DNA of 63,610 bases, from NCBI GenBank assembly GCA_035289605.1, contig DATDWR010000007.1:1-63610 (forward strand), in the 5' to 3' direction. The stretch comes from Candidatus Nanoarchaeia archaeon (lineage in GTDB: Archaea > Nanobdellota > Nanobdellia > SCGC-AAA011-G17 > GW2011-AR18). Below, one piece after another: positions 29,021-37,522 of the stretch. Both the position numbers and the translations under genes were made by a program. Position 1 is the stretch's first letter. Each line of letters starts with the position of its first letter. A model generated the notes under the pieces. That model was not told the DNA's origin, ran no database searches, and was given only the letters and a program-made list of their open reading frames with translations.

Positions 29021-29299
29021 ATGGCAGGATCAGATATAATCAAGAAGAACCTTCTAGATTTAGAATATAACAAGCTATTACAATACCAACATAATATGTA
29101 AAAAGTATAATTATTGATGTATTAATAATATACTGTAATAGCTTCTATCACAAAACAAATTGATTATACAAATTTTGTGCAGTTAACTATAATTTTTATT
29201 ATAACTTCATTTATATCTGTAATACTCCTCTTTTTGATATTTACACTTGATAGAAAATTAGAAATTCTGGCAAAGAAAATAATGGAACTAAATATTTAG
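29021..29299 (+). pseudogene. disrupted small membrane-protein gene
   Basis: MAGSDIIKKNLLDLEYNKLLQY stops early; a TM-rich continuation (ITKQIDY...LAKKIMELNI*) follows in another frame. Confidence 0.45.
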
Positions 29300-29324
29300 T
29301 TTACAAATATTTATATACTAGTTT

Positions 29325-29819
29325 TTGACTAAAGAGAATATGGCAGCAGAAGAGGTGCTACAACAAGGACTAATTTTTATGCCTGCTCTAGCATTGGGAA
29401 TAATCCTAGGATTATATGAACTAATACTAGTACACAGAGATGAAAATTTCAGAGGAAGCCACTGGTTTGGGCATGGATTACATGCAGTAATATTCATGAT
29501 TGTAGCTTTATTCTTTGTGTTCAACACAGACTATTTTTTACAAATAACTGGACTTGGAGAAAAAGGATGGCCTGTAATAAGCAACCCCTGGGCTGTAAGA
29601 ATAATAATAGGACTAATACTTAACATAAAAATGCATGCTGTATCTGCAGTAATTAAAGGCGGATTGAGAGGAAGCATGACAGGCGGAATGGCAGAACACT
29701 GGACACACACCACTATTGTTTCAGCACTAGTAGTCTTGGCTCCACTATACTGGCCACTAATAGCGCAGTTCCTACCTGAATGGGCTGGAGGAACAGCTGT
29801 GCCTGTGCAGAATAACTAA
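29325..29819 (+). CDS. integral membrane protein with conserved-looking His residues
   Basis: Four TM segments; HRDE, HWFGHGLHA, EHWTH; true start may be ATG29340. Confidence 0.7.
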   Translation: MTKENMAAEEVLQQGLIFMPALALGIILGLYELILVHRDENFRGSHWFGHGLHAVIFMIVALFFVFNTDYFLQITGLGEKGWPVISNPWAVRIIIGLILNIKMHAVSAVIKGGLRGSMTGGMAEHWTHTTIVSALVVLAPLYWPLIAQFLPEWAGGTAVPVQNN

Positions 29820-30085
29820 CTTTTACTTTTTTGATAAACCAAAGAAATTATAGACATGACAATGTATGCAAATATAAAAATTGAAACCAGACTTATCCAA
29901 AAGCCTACATTATTAAAAGAGTAGTTAAGACATTCTGTATATCTGGGTTGTACACTTCCAAATTTATAAGTTCTAAGTTTGGCACAAAATCCACTAAGAA
30001 AAATAAATAAAATTCCAATAATTAATACAACACCAATCTTAAACTTAGTAAAACTAAAAGCACTTTTCAGCTCCAAGCAAATCAA
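29816..30085 (-). CDS. small two-TM hypothetical protein
   Basis: Overlaps the DUF2283 gene stop by 4 nt; two hydrophobic helices. Confidence 0.5.
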   Translation of the reverse strand: MICLELKSAFSFTKFKIGVVLIIGILFIFLSGFCAKLRTYKFGSVQPRYTECLNYSFNNVGFWISLVSIFIFAYIVMSIISLVYQKSKS

Positions 30086-30288
30086 GCCTCCTCTAATAAA
30101 ATATCTTTACTTAAATGCTTGCTCGCGTTAAGAACTTCAATGTCTAACAATTTTTCATTTTTATCAAAGTCTAGAATTATATCATCATTTAATTGCAATG
30201 TTTTCTTTGCTTCACCCTCCTTTATATCACTGACTATATAAATATATACAGCATCAGCTTCCTTATCATATTCTATTCTCATAATCAT
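30082..30288 (-). CDS. DUF2283 family protein (putative antitoxin)
   Basis: YDKEADAVYI...DIILDFDKNEKLLDIEVLNAS. Confidence 0.88.
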   Translation of the reverse strand: MIMRIEYDKEADAVYIYIVSDIKEGEAKKTLQLNDDIILDFDKNEKLLDIEVLNASKHLSKDILLEEA

Positions 30289-30497
30289 ATTATAGTTATT
30301 ATCCTTATGTAATTTTCTTTTTCTTCATATACAATTTTAATTTTCCTATTATGAATTGTTCTTAGGACGATACACCTACCATCTTTTCTTCTAGTTATCG
30401 ATTCAGGATGCAAAATTACTTCTTCTATTTCTTCATGCCTGTACTCTCTTTGTTTTCTTCTTATTTCTGCGTGTTCTAAATAAAATATATCTTTCAT
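30285..30497 (-). CDS. DUF4258 family protein (RelE-like putative toxin)
   Basis: HAEIR..QR; IKIVY; IITI; paired with DUF2283. Confidence 0.78.
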   Translation of the reverse strand: MKDIFYLEHAEIRRKQREYRHEEIEEVILHPESITRRKDGRCIVLRTIHNRKIKIVYEEKENYIRIITII

Positions 30498-30639
30498 TCA
30501 TGATAATGTCAGTTTAAATTTAATAATTCTTATCCTAATTTTCTTGAAAGATTTTCATTAATCCCAGAAATTCCTGTTTTATTATATAAGTTATATCAAA
30601 TAAAAGTTTAAATACCGCACGAAAAACTGTAAAACAGCC

Positions 30640-31386
30640 ATGAAACTAACTCTCACAGAACCAAGATACCTAAAGGACAGCATCCTGATCATTTCTGAAC
30701 TTGTGAACGAAGTAAACCTAAAATTCTCCAAAGACAAAGTAGAACTGATAGCAATGGATCCTGCAAATGTAGCAATGGTAGTGTTTAAGCTGCTAAGCAG
30801 CGCATTCTCTGAATACAATATCAAGGAAGAAAGAGTAATAGGAATAAATCTTGTGAACCTGACTCAGATACTAAAAAGAGTCAAGCCTACAGACATACTT
30901 ACATTAGAATTAGATGATGACAGAAACAGGCTGAGAGTAATAATAAAAGGAACAACTACAAAAAGATTTGAGCTAAGCTTATTAGATATAGATGAGAAAG
31001 AACAAAAAATGCCCAGCTTGAAATTCAGCGCAAGGGTAGAGACAAATACGTTAATGTTCAACGACACAATAGAAGACATGGATATAATAGGAGACAGCCT
31101 CAGCTTGCAAGCTGCAGACTCAAGTTTCATAGTAGAATGCGAAGGAACTGTAAGCCACGGAAGAGTAGAAATAAACAGCGATGAAGAAACAAATGTCGAT
31201 GCAGGCGGAAAAGCAGTAAATGCAAGGTACTCAATAGAATACATGAAAAAGATCATCAAGGGCGGAAAACTAACAAACATGGTAACATTGGAATTTGGAC
31301 AAGACTATCCTCTTAAAGCGGAATATAAAATTCTAGACAAATTAAACCTGCAGTTTATATTAGCTCCAAGAACACCAACAGACTAA
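30640..31386 (+). CDS. pcn: DNA polymerase sliding clamp PCNA
   Basis: ISELVNEV, AMDPANVAMV, YSIEY, DYPL, FILAPR. Confidence 0.97.
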   Translation: MKLTLTEPRYLKDSILIISELVNEVNLKFSKDKVELIAMDPANVAMVVFKLLSSAFSEYNIKEERVIGINLVNLTQILKRVKPTDILTLELDDDRNRLRVIIKGTTTKRFELSLLDIDEKEQKMPSLKFSARVETNTLMFNDTIEDMDIIGDSLSLQAADSSFIVECEGTVSHGRVEINSDEETNVDAGGKAVNARYSIEYMKKIIKGGKLTNMVTLEFGQDYPLKAEYKILDKLNLQFILAPRTPTD

Positions 31387-31411
31387 TTAATCTGAATTAT
31401 TTTATTTTTTC

Positions 31412-32044
31412 ATGAAATCAATAAAAATTTCTTATATACTATTAGCTGTATTTATTCTTCTATTAAGCTTCATGTTTTATATTTATAATATAAATTCTTA
31501 TGAAAAAGAATTTTCTAAAAACAATGCATATGAAAAATACAACAAAACATTTGTAGATGATGTTGGCAAGAACTTAATTAACTATTTTAAATCCAATGAA
31601 GAACTCGGAAACTACTATAGCCAAAGAGAAATATTGCATCTTGAAGATGTAAAAAATCTGATAAGAAAAACTTTAACCTTATTTTATATAACATTTACAT
31701 TCTTGCTACTTTCATTTATTTATCTCGCTACAAGAAAATACTATAATGAATTATCAAAAATACTAATATATGGAGGAATAATTTGTATTTTGTTAATATT
31801 TTTATTTGTAATTCTCTTTTTCATAGATTTTAATTCAAGCTTTATAAAATTCCATGAAATATTCTTTAACAATGACTTATGGATACTGAGCAGCGAAAGC
31901 CTATTAGTGAACCTATTTACAGAGGAATTCTTCTTTAATATTCTAAAAAAAATCTTGATAACTTCCATAGTATTTTCACTAATATCAATAACTTCTGGCA
32001 TAATTATTCAAAAAGCTTATAAATCTACTTCGGCTAAACAATAA
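31412..32044 (+). CDS. DUF1461/TIGR01906-like integral membrane protein
   Basis: EILHLEDVK and FIKFHEIFFNNDLWI...LF..EFF. Confidence 0.75.
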   Translation: MKSIKISYILLAVFILLLSFMFYIYNINSYEKEFSKNNAYEKYNKTFVDDVGKNLINYFKSNEELGNYYSQREILHLEDVKNLIRKTLTLFYITFTFLLLSFIYLATRKYYNELSKILIYGGIICILLIFLFVILFFIDFNSSFIKFHEIFFNNDLWILSSESLLVNLFTEEFFFNILKKILITSIVFSLISITSGIIIQKAYKSTSAKQ

Positions 32045-32046
32045 AT

Positions 32047-32811
32047 ATGCATAAAAAAAGAGGGCAGGTAAGCACATTCATAATAATAGGCCTTGTAATC
32101 TTATTTGTATTTATACTAATATTTTTTCTAAGAGACCAAATAAGGGAAAAATTCAGAGCAGCAACAAACACAGAAGAATACCTCAACTCCCAATTAAGCC
32201 AAATAAAAAAAAATGTTGACTCATGCATAGTAAAGGAAACAGACAAAGCAACAAAAATTCTGGGAGAAAGTGGAGGATACTTCAACCCTGCAGATTACGT
32301 AAGTTATTATGGAAAAAGAGTCAGCATATTGTGCTCTAACATAGAAAATGAAAAAAAATGCAATGCAAAACCTCTAGACCTAGAAGAAGTAAACTCAAGA
32401 CTTAGTGACTATTTAAAACCTAAAATAAAAAACTGCATAAACTTAAGCCCATACAGAAACAAAGATTACACTCTTACTTCAGGAGAATTTGAATTAACAA
32501 CAGACATAAAACCTGATTCAATACTTGTCGAAGTAGAGTATCCAATAACATTAACATTAGAAAACAGCGAAGCAAAAATTTCCCAATTCAAAAACAAACT
32601 TGAAATACCACTCGGACAAGCAGTAGTACTAGCAAATACTGTAATAAGTGAAGAAGCGAACAAAGGAGCGTTTGATGTAATGGTTGCGAGCCTGCTATCA
32701 AGAGGTAGCTTTACAATAAGAGAAAGAAAAAGCTACCCGCACAAGATATATGTAATAGACTTTTGGAACGGAAAGTACATATTTAATTTTGCAATAGAAG
32801 GAGAAGAATAA
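32047..32811 (+). CDS. class III (prepilin-like) signal peptide protein, cassette 1
   Basis: KRG|QVSTFIIIG then a hydrophobic helix; VDSC...GGYF; C-terminal FNFAIE. Confidence 0.75.
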   Translation: MHKKRGQVSTFIIIGLVILFVFILIFFLRDQIREKFRAATNTEEYLNSQLSQIKKNVDSCIVKETDKATKILGESGGYFNPADYVSYYGKRVSILCSNIENEKKCNAKPLDLEEVNSRLSDYLKPKIKNCINLSPYRNKDYTLTSGEFELTTDIKPDSILVEVEYPITLTLENSEAKISQFKNKLEIPLGQAVVLANTVISEEANKGAFDVMVASLLSRGSFTIRERKSYPHKIYVIDFWNGKYIFNFAIEGEE

Positions 32812-35800
32812 TGAGGCTAGCGAAAAGCGATGGTCAAAAAAAAGCTGTGGCTGGATTTGAAATTTATCTAGTAATTAGTTTGGTTTTCTTACTTTCAATG
32901 AGCTTAAATTCACAACAAGTACAAGCTAATCCAGGACAGGAGCCTAGCGAAGTTGTCTCGTGCTGCAAAAAAGCGAAAACAGGAGAGTACTGCGTTGATG
33001 GAATATCTACAGAACAATGCGAAGAAGGATATGCAGGAGGGGTTAACTGCGCAAGTGCAGCAAACGGATGCAATAACAGGGGATGCTGCAGCGTGAATAA
33101 CCAATGCACAAAGGGAGTAATACAAGCAGCCTGCCAGGGAGAATATTACCCAAACGAAGAATGCAATGTAGAACAATGCCAGCCAAAATGCTGCGTTCTA
33201 GGAAACAGCTGCGGATTAACCACTGAAGAAAATTGCCAAGAATTAGGCGGTACAGTAAACCAAGATACAACAGATATAATAAGCTGCAACAGAGTATGCG
33301 AAACCAAAACAAAAGGATGCTGCAAAACAGAAGACAAGTACGAGTATGCGTCAGGAGACAGTTGTCAGGGAGAATTCTTTTCAAATCAGCCATGCAAAAG
33401 AGTAGAAAACTCAAACTGCAATGAAAATAACCCAGCTATAGGATGCATAGGAAACGATCTATACAGCTATAATTCCTGCGGAGACCAAACACTAGTGAAG
33501 AAATGCGACAGTAGGCAAGGGGAAATATGTAGTGACAAAGATGGTGATGGGAAGTTTGCGTGCGAGGATATGAATTGTCAAGCGACTTGGGACAACCCAT
33601 TGGTGGATGAGGATGGAGATGGAAACTTAGCAAACGACGGAAAGGCAAGAAAACAAGGAGAAAGCTGGTGCGAGTATCAATCTGCAGTCGGGCCTGGCAT
33701 GGATCTTCCGGGAACAGCACACTACCTTCACAGCTGCGTAAATGGAAAAGAAGAAGTAAAAATGTGCGGGCAAGGAAAAAGAGACCAGATATGTGTTTAC
33801 TTTGATGTTGATGAAAGCAACAATTACCCATTCTTTTCTGGCGAAGGAAAAGTTGCGCAATGCATAGATAATGAATATGAAAGCTGCATAGCATGCAATG
33901 ATATTTCTTTGGATCCTGAAAAAAGAGAAGAAGCTGGACAGACAGACACAAGAGCAAGCTGCTGCCAAAAAGCAGGACTATGCCAATGGATGGGCGTTGG
34001 AAAAACCACAGAATTAGAAGATGTTGGAGGCTTGGAATTTATTTATGTTCCAGACACTAGAATAATTTCGTTTTTAGACAGAAGTTATGCGTCTCCTGAT
34101 TTTTTGAGCAGAAAAGAAAAAGATTTACTAAAGACTACTGGAAAAATATATATATTCGATAAAGAGATACAGGGCAAACTATCAGACACTACACTATTAT
34201 TTACTAGTGAGGAAAAAACAGAGCACAACAAGAGTCTTGGAGAAGCAAGAGTTAGTGATGAAGAATGGAATGAAGAAGACCAAATAGCTTACACTTACAC
34301 ATTAAAGCTAGATACATTAGCAACTAAATTTTATGATGTAAATATTACTTACGGAAACGTAAATGAATTTTTAGTGAGTTTTGAAATGCCTGCAACTTCA
34401 GAAGAACAAGGCACATGCTTACCATTAGTACCTCCAGGAAACATTCCACTAAAAACTTTAGATAAAGAAAATTATAGGACAAGTATAGAAGAAGCTGATG
34501 AATTATGCGGAAAAGCAGGCCTAGAGAAAATTCCAGTCGGATGGAGAGAAGATTTATGGGACGATGACTGGCACTGCAAAAAGAATTGTGATGTATATCC
34601 TGAAAGAAACAGATCATTACTGTACGGACAAAATTATATCTGTAACTCCTATGGAGACTGCGGGGCAAAGTGGAACTTAGCACAAAAATGGTCAAGCCAG
34701 GCATATTATTTTGATTGCGGAGACCTTGATGATACAGACCAGAGCAGAGAATGCAAAAGAAAAAAATATTTCATAGACACGCCTCCGCAGGAATTTAACT
34801 TTGAAAAATACAAGAACGCATGGAAAGGGCTATATTTTGGTAAATTGGATATAGACTTTAATTATTATAATTATGTCGGAAATTCTAACCTCAAACTTGC
34901 AGGAGGCATAGCTACATTGATAGGTTTTGGTGCTGTTTCTGTGTTCCTTGCGGTACCGATAGCAATTGCTGCAGTTGGTGTTGGTGGTGCTGCAGGAGCA
35001 TTAGTAGGCTTGGCATCTGTTGGAGCTGCTTTTGGAGTTGTTGGGCTTACTATTGTTGCTTTAGTTATATTATATGTAGGTGTGGAGTTAATATATGAAG
35101 CATTTAGAAATTCCGAAACAAGATATTCAGGTACTGTCTGTGAATCATGGAAGGCACCAACACAAAATGAATGCTGGAAATGCCACACCTTCAGCAATGA
35201 AACAAGAGACCATGAGACATGCGATTACGGAAGCGAAGAATGCGGATTACTTCCTGCAATAAAAACAGGACCAAGTGATGGGTATTCATGCACGCCACAA
35301 TTATGCTCAAGCCTAGGTAAAGACTGCTTATGGCAAGAAAGCGAAGTAGGACCAAGATGCATAGAACAAAGAGAAAGGGATGTAAACTCACCAATAATAA
35401 AAGTCAAAGAAACAAAATATGTATGCAACGCTGAAGGAACATGCGGAGAACAGACAGGAGATAATCCTTCGGGAATACAAGGAACAACAGAAATAACAGG
35501 AGAGATAAAACCGGGACATACTATCGTCTTGCGGCTGGAGACCATAAATCCGGCAGACAATGGAGCAGATCTAACGAAATGCAGATACACATTTGAGCCG
35601 CAAAAACCATACGAAGAAATGGAAGACATTGGAGACGGACTAAGCTTTGAACATAACATAGAATTCAATTCAATAGAACCAGGAGAAAAAGAATTGTATA
35701 TTGCATGTGAAGACATAGTAGAGAATCGTAATGAAGATAAATATCTTATGAAGTTCAAAGTTGCAGAATATCCAGACATAGCAGCTCCAATAATAAGGGA

Positions 35801-36801
35801 AGTGCGAACAGCGAATGGTGTAGGTGGATGGACAATAAACGAAGGACAGAAAGAAACAGCATACGTCGGCTACGGACAAGGAACAATAGAACTTGAATTA
35901 GTGCTTAATGAAGAAACACCATTAAACGGATGCAAATGGACAAACTCAAGCGCAAACGTAGAATTTGAAAACATGAACAAATACTTTTCATGCCAAGAGC
36001 CAAGTGACATAACAATTCCTTATTCATGCAAAGGCCAAATAGAAGTACCGGAAGAAAAAACAGGAGAGAACAAAGAACACAAAGTGTGGTTCAGATGCAT
36101 TGATGTTCAAGGAAACAAAGCACTGCAGAGCATTCCACAAGAAGGATTCAAAATAAAAAGAACAGAAGCACTAAACATAACAGAAATGAAATGCTTGGGA
36201 CAGTTCTCAGAGAAGTGCGAAGGAACAATTTACGATCCCAAAGTAAATCTAAAATTAACAACAATCGGAGGTGTGGACGGAACATCTGACTGCAAATGGG
36301 ACAGAGGAGAAGGAGAAGTGGAATTTTTCAAAGGACAAGGAACAAGCGAACATGAGCAGCCGGACTACCACCTAACGCCTGGCGACAACAGACTGGTATT
36401 TAGGTGTGTAGATAAGGCAGGAAATATAGCAACGCAAGAAGCAACATTCAAGCATGAAAAAGATGTGACCGCACCGAAGATAACAAAGATATACCAAAAC
36501 AATGGACAACTTACAATAGACACAAATGAATATGCAACATGCAAATATACTGCGATGCAAGAAGAGAACATAGACTACAGCCAAGAAGGAAACGAACTGC
36601 TAAGAGAAAACAATGGAATGAAACACACATTATCCTTGCAAAACAATTACTACAAAGTAGGCTGCATAGACAGATTTGAAAACGTGGTAGGACCATTCAA
36701 CATTTATGTAGAAAGCACATCATAAAAACATTTAAATACAAAGCCGAGGAGACTATAAGCATGAGTAAAAGAGGGCAGGTAAGCACATTCATAATAATAG
36801 G
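32056..36801 (+). repeat. 35-nt identical direct repeat at the starts of the two KRGQ genes
   Basis: AAAAGAGGGCAGGTAAGCACATTCATAATAATAGG at 32056-32090 and 36767-36801. Confidence 0.85.
32811..36725 (+). CDS. giant Cys-rich exported protein with central Gly/Ala hydrophobic hairpin and C-terminal Ig-like repeats, cassette 1
   Basis: N-terminal TM; GCC repeats; GESWC; GDCG; about 65-aa hydrophobic segment; CxSW.AP; DV.(S/A)P.I and CxDxxGN repeats. Confidence 0.8.
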   Translation: MRLAKSDGQKKAVAGFEIYLVISLVFLLSMSLNSQQVQANPGQEPSEVVSCCKKAKTGEYCVDGISTEQCEEGYAGGVNCASAANGCNNRGCCSVNNQCTKGVIQAACQGEYYPNEECNVEQCQPKCCVLGNSCGLTTEENCQELGGTVNQDTTDIISCNRVCETKTKGCCKTEDKYEYASGDSCQGEFFSNQPCKRVENSNCNENNPAIGCIGNDLYSYNSCGDQTLVKKCDSRQGEICSDKDGDGKFACEDMNCQATWDNPLVDEDGDGNLANDGKARKQGESWCEYQSAVGPGMDLPGTAHYLHSCVNGKEEVKMCGQGKRDQICVYFDVDESNNYPFFSGEGKVAQCIDNEYESCIACNDISLDPEKREEAGQTDTRASCCQKAGLCQWMGVGKTTELEDVGGLEFIYVPDTRIISFLDRSYASPDFLSRKEKDLLKTTGKIYIFDKEIQGKLSDTTLLFTSEEKTEHNKSLGEARVSDEEWNEEDQIAYTYTLKLDTLATKFYDVNITYGNVNEFLVSFEMPATSEEQGTCLPLVPPGNIPLKTLDKENYRTSIEEADELCGKAGLEKIPVGWREDLWDDDWHCKKNCDVYPERNRSLLYGQNYICNSYGDCGAKWNLAQKWSSQAYYFDCGDLDDTDQSRECKRKKYFIDTPPQEFNFEKYKNAWKGLYFGKLDIDFNYYNYVGNSNLKLAGGIATLIGFGAVSVFLAVPIAIAAVGVGGAAGALVGLASVGAAFGVVGLTIVALVILYVGVELIYEAFRNSETRYSGTVCESWKAPTQNECWKCHTFSNETRDHETCDYGSEECGLLPAIKTGPSDGYSCTPQLCSSLGKDCLWQESEVGPRCIEQRERDVNSPIIKVKETKYVCNAEGTCGEQTGDNPSGIQGTTEITGEIKPGHTIVLRLETINPADNGADLTKCRYTFEPQKPYEEMEDIGDGLSFEHNIEFNSIEPGEKELYIACEDIVENRNEDKYLMKFKVAEYPDIAAPIIREVRTANGVGGWTINEGQKETAYVGYGQGTIELELVLNEETPLNGCKWTNSSANVEFENMNKYFSCQEPSDITIPYSCKGQIEVPEEKTGENKEHKVWFRCIDVQGNKALQSIPQEGFKIKRTEALNITEMKCLGQFSEKCEGTIYDPKVNLKLTTIGGVDGTSDCKWDRGEGEVEFFKGQGTSEHEQPDYHLTPGDNRLVFRCVDKAGNIATQEATFKHEKDVTAPKITKIYQNNGQLTIDTNEYATCKYTAMQEENIDYSQEGNELLRENNGMKHTLSLQNNYYKVGCIDRFENVVGPFNIYVESTS

Positions 36802-37522
36802 AATAATACTAGTAATTGTTGTAGCTTTAATATTCTTTACAAGAAAACAAACAGGCATAGGAATACCGGCAGCAGAATTCTTAAGCGACAAACTAAAGCC
36901 CATAGAAAGAGATCTAAAGACTTGTGTTGATAAACAAGCAGATACAACTGTAAAAACATTTTTGGAACAAGGAGGAGAATTCTTCCCAAATTATTACGTT
37001 CAATACCAAGGAAAAAAAGTGAAAGTATTGTGCAAAAATATTCCTGGAGATGACAAGTGTTTAAATTATTTGCCGCCACTGAATATAATGGTAGATGAAT
37101 TGAATACGAGAATGCAATTAGAGATAGACAAATGCGTAAACAAAAATTTGTTAAAATCTGAAACTCTTGGAGGATACGATGTTGTCGGTGGGTTACTTAC
37201 GACAAAAACTGAGGCTACAGGAAGCGGGTTGCTAGTCACTGTAAATTACGATGTTGAAATAAGGAAGGGAGAGGAAAGCACGAAACTTGGAAAAGTAAAC
37301 AAAGTATTAGATATTCCATTGAAAGAATTATATGATGTAAGCGTAGATATTGTGAACAGCGAGGCACGCTTTGGGTTCTTTGAACAATTATTTTACATGC
37401 TCAATAAAAAAGGAAAGTACATAATAAACATAGACAAGCCATTTCCCCATAAAGTATACAAAATTAATAAAAATGGGAACAAGCATGAATTCTGGTTTGT
37501 AGTTGAAGGTGAGCCATCATGA
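36761..37522 (+). CDS. class III (prepilin-like) signal peptide protein, cassette 2
   Basis: KRG|QVSTFIIIG; collinear with 32047 (GGxFxP, ILC.NI, PHKxY, FxFxxEGE). Confidence 0.75.
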   Translation: MSKRGQVSTFIIIGIILVIVVALIFFTRKQTGIGIPAAEFLSDKLKPIERDLKTCVDKQADTTVKTFLEQGGEFFPNYYVQYQGKKVKVLCKNIPGDDKCLNYLPPLNIMVDELNTRMQLEIDKCVNKNLLKSETLGGYDVVGGLLTTKTEATGSGLLVTVNYDVEIRKGEESTKLGKVNKVLDIPLKELYDVSVDIVNSEARFGFFEQLFYMLNKKGKYIINIDKPFPHKVYKINKNGNKHEFWFVVEGEPS

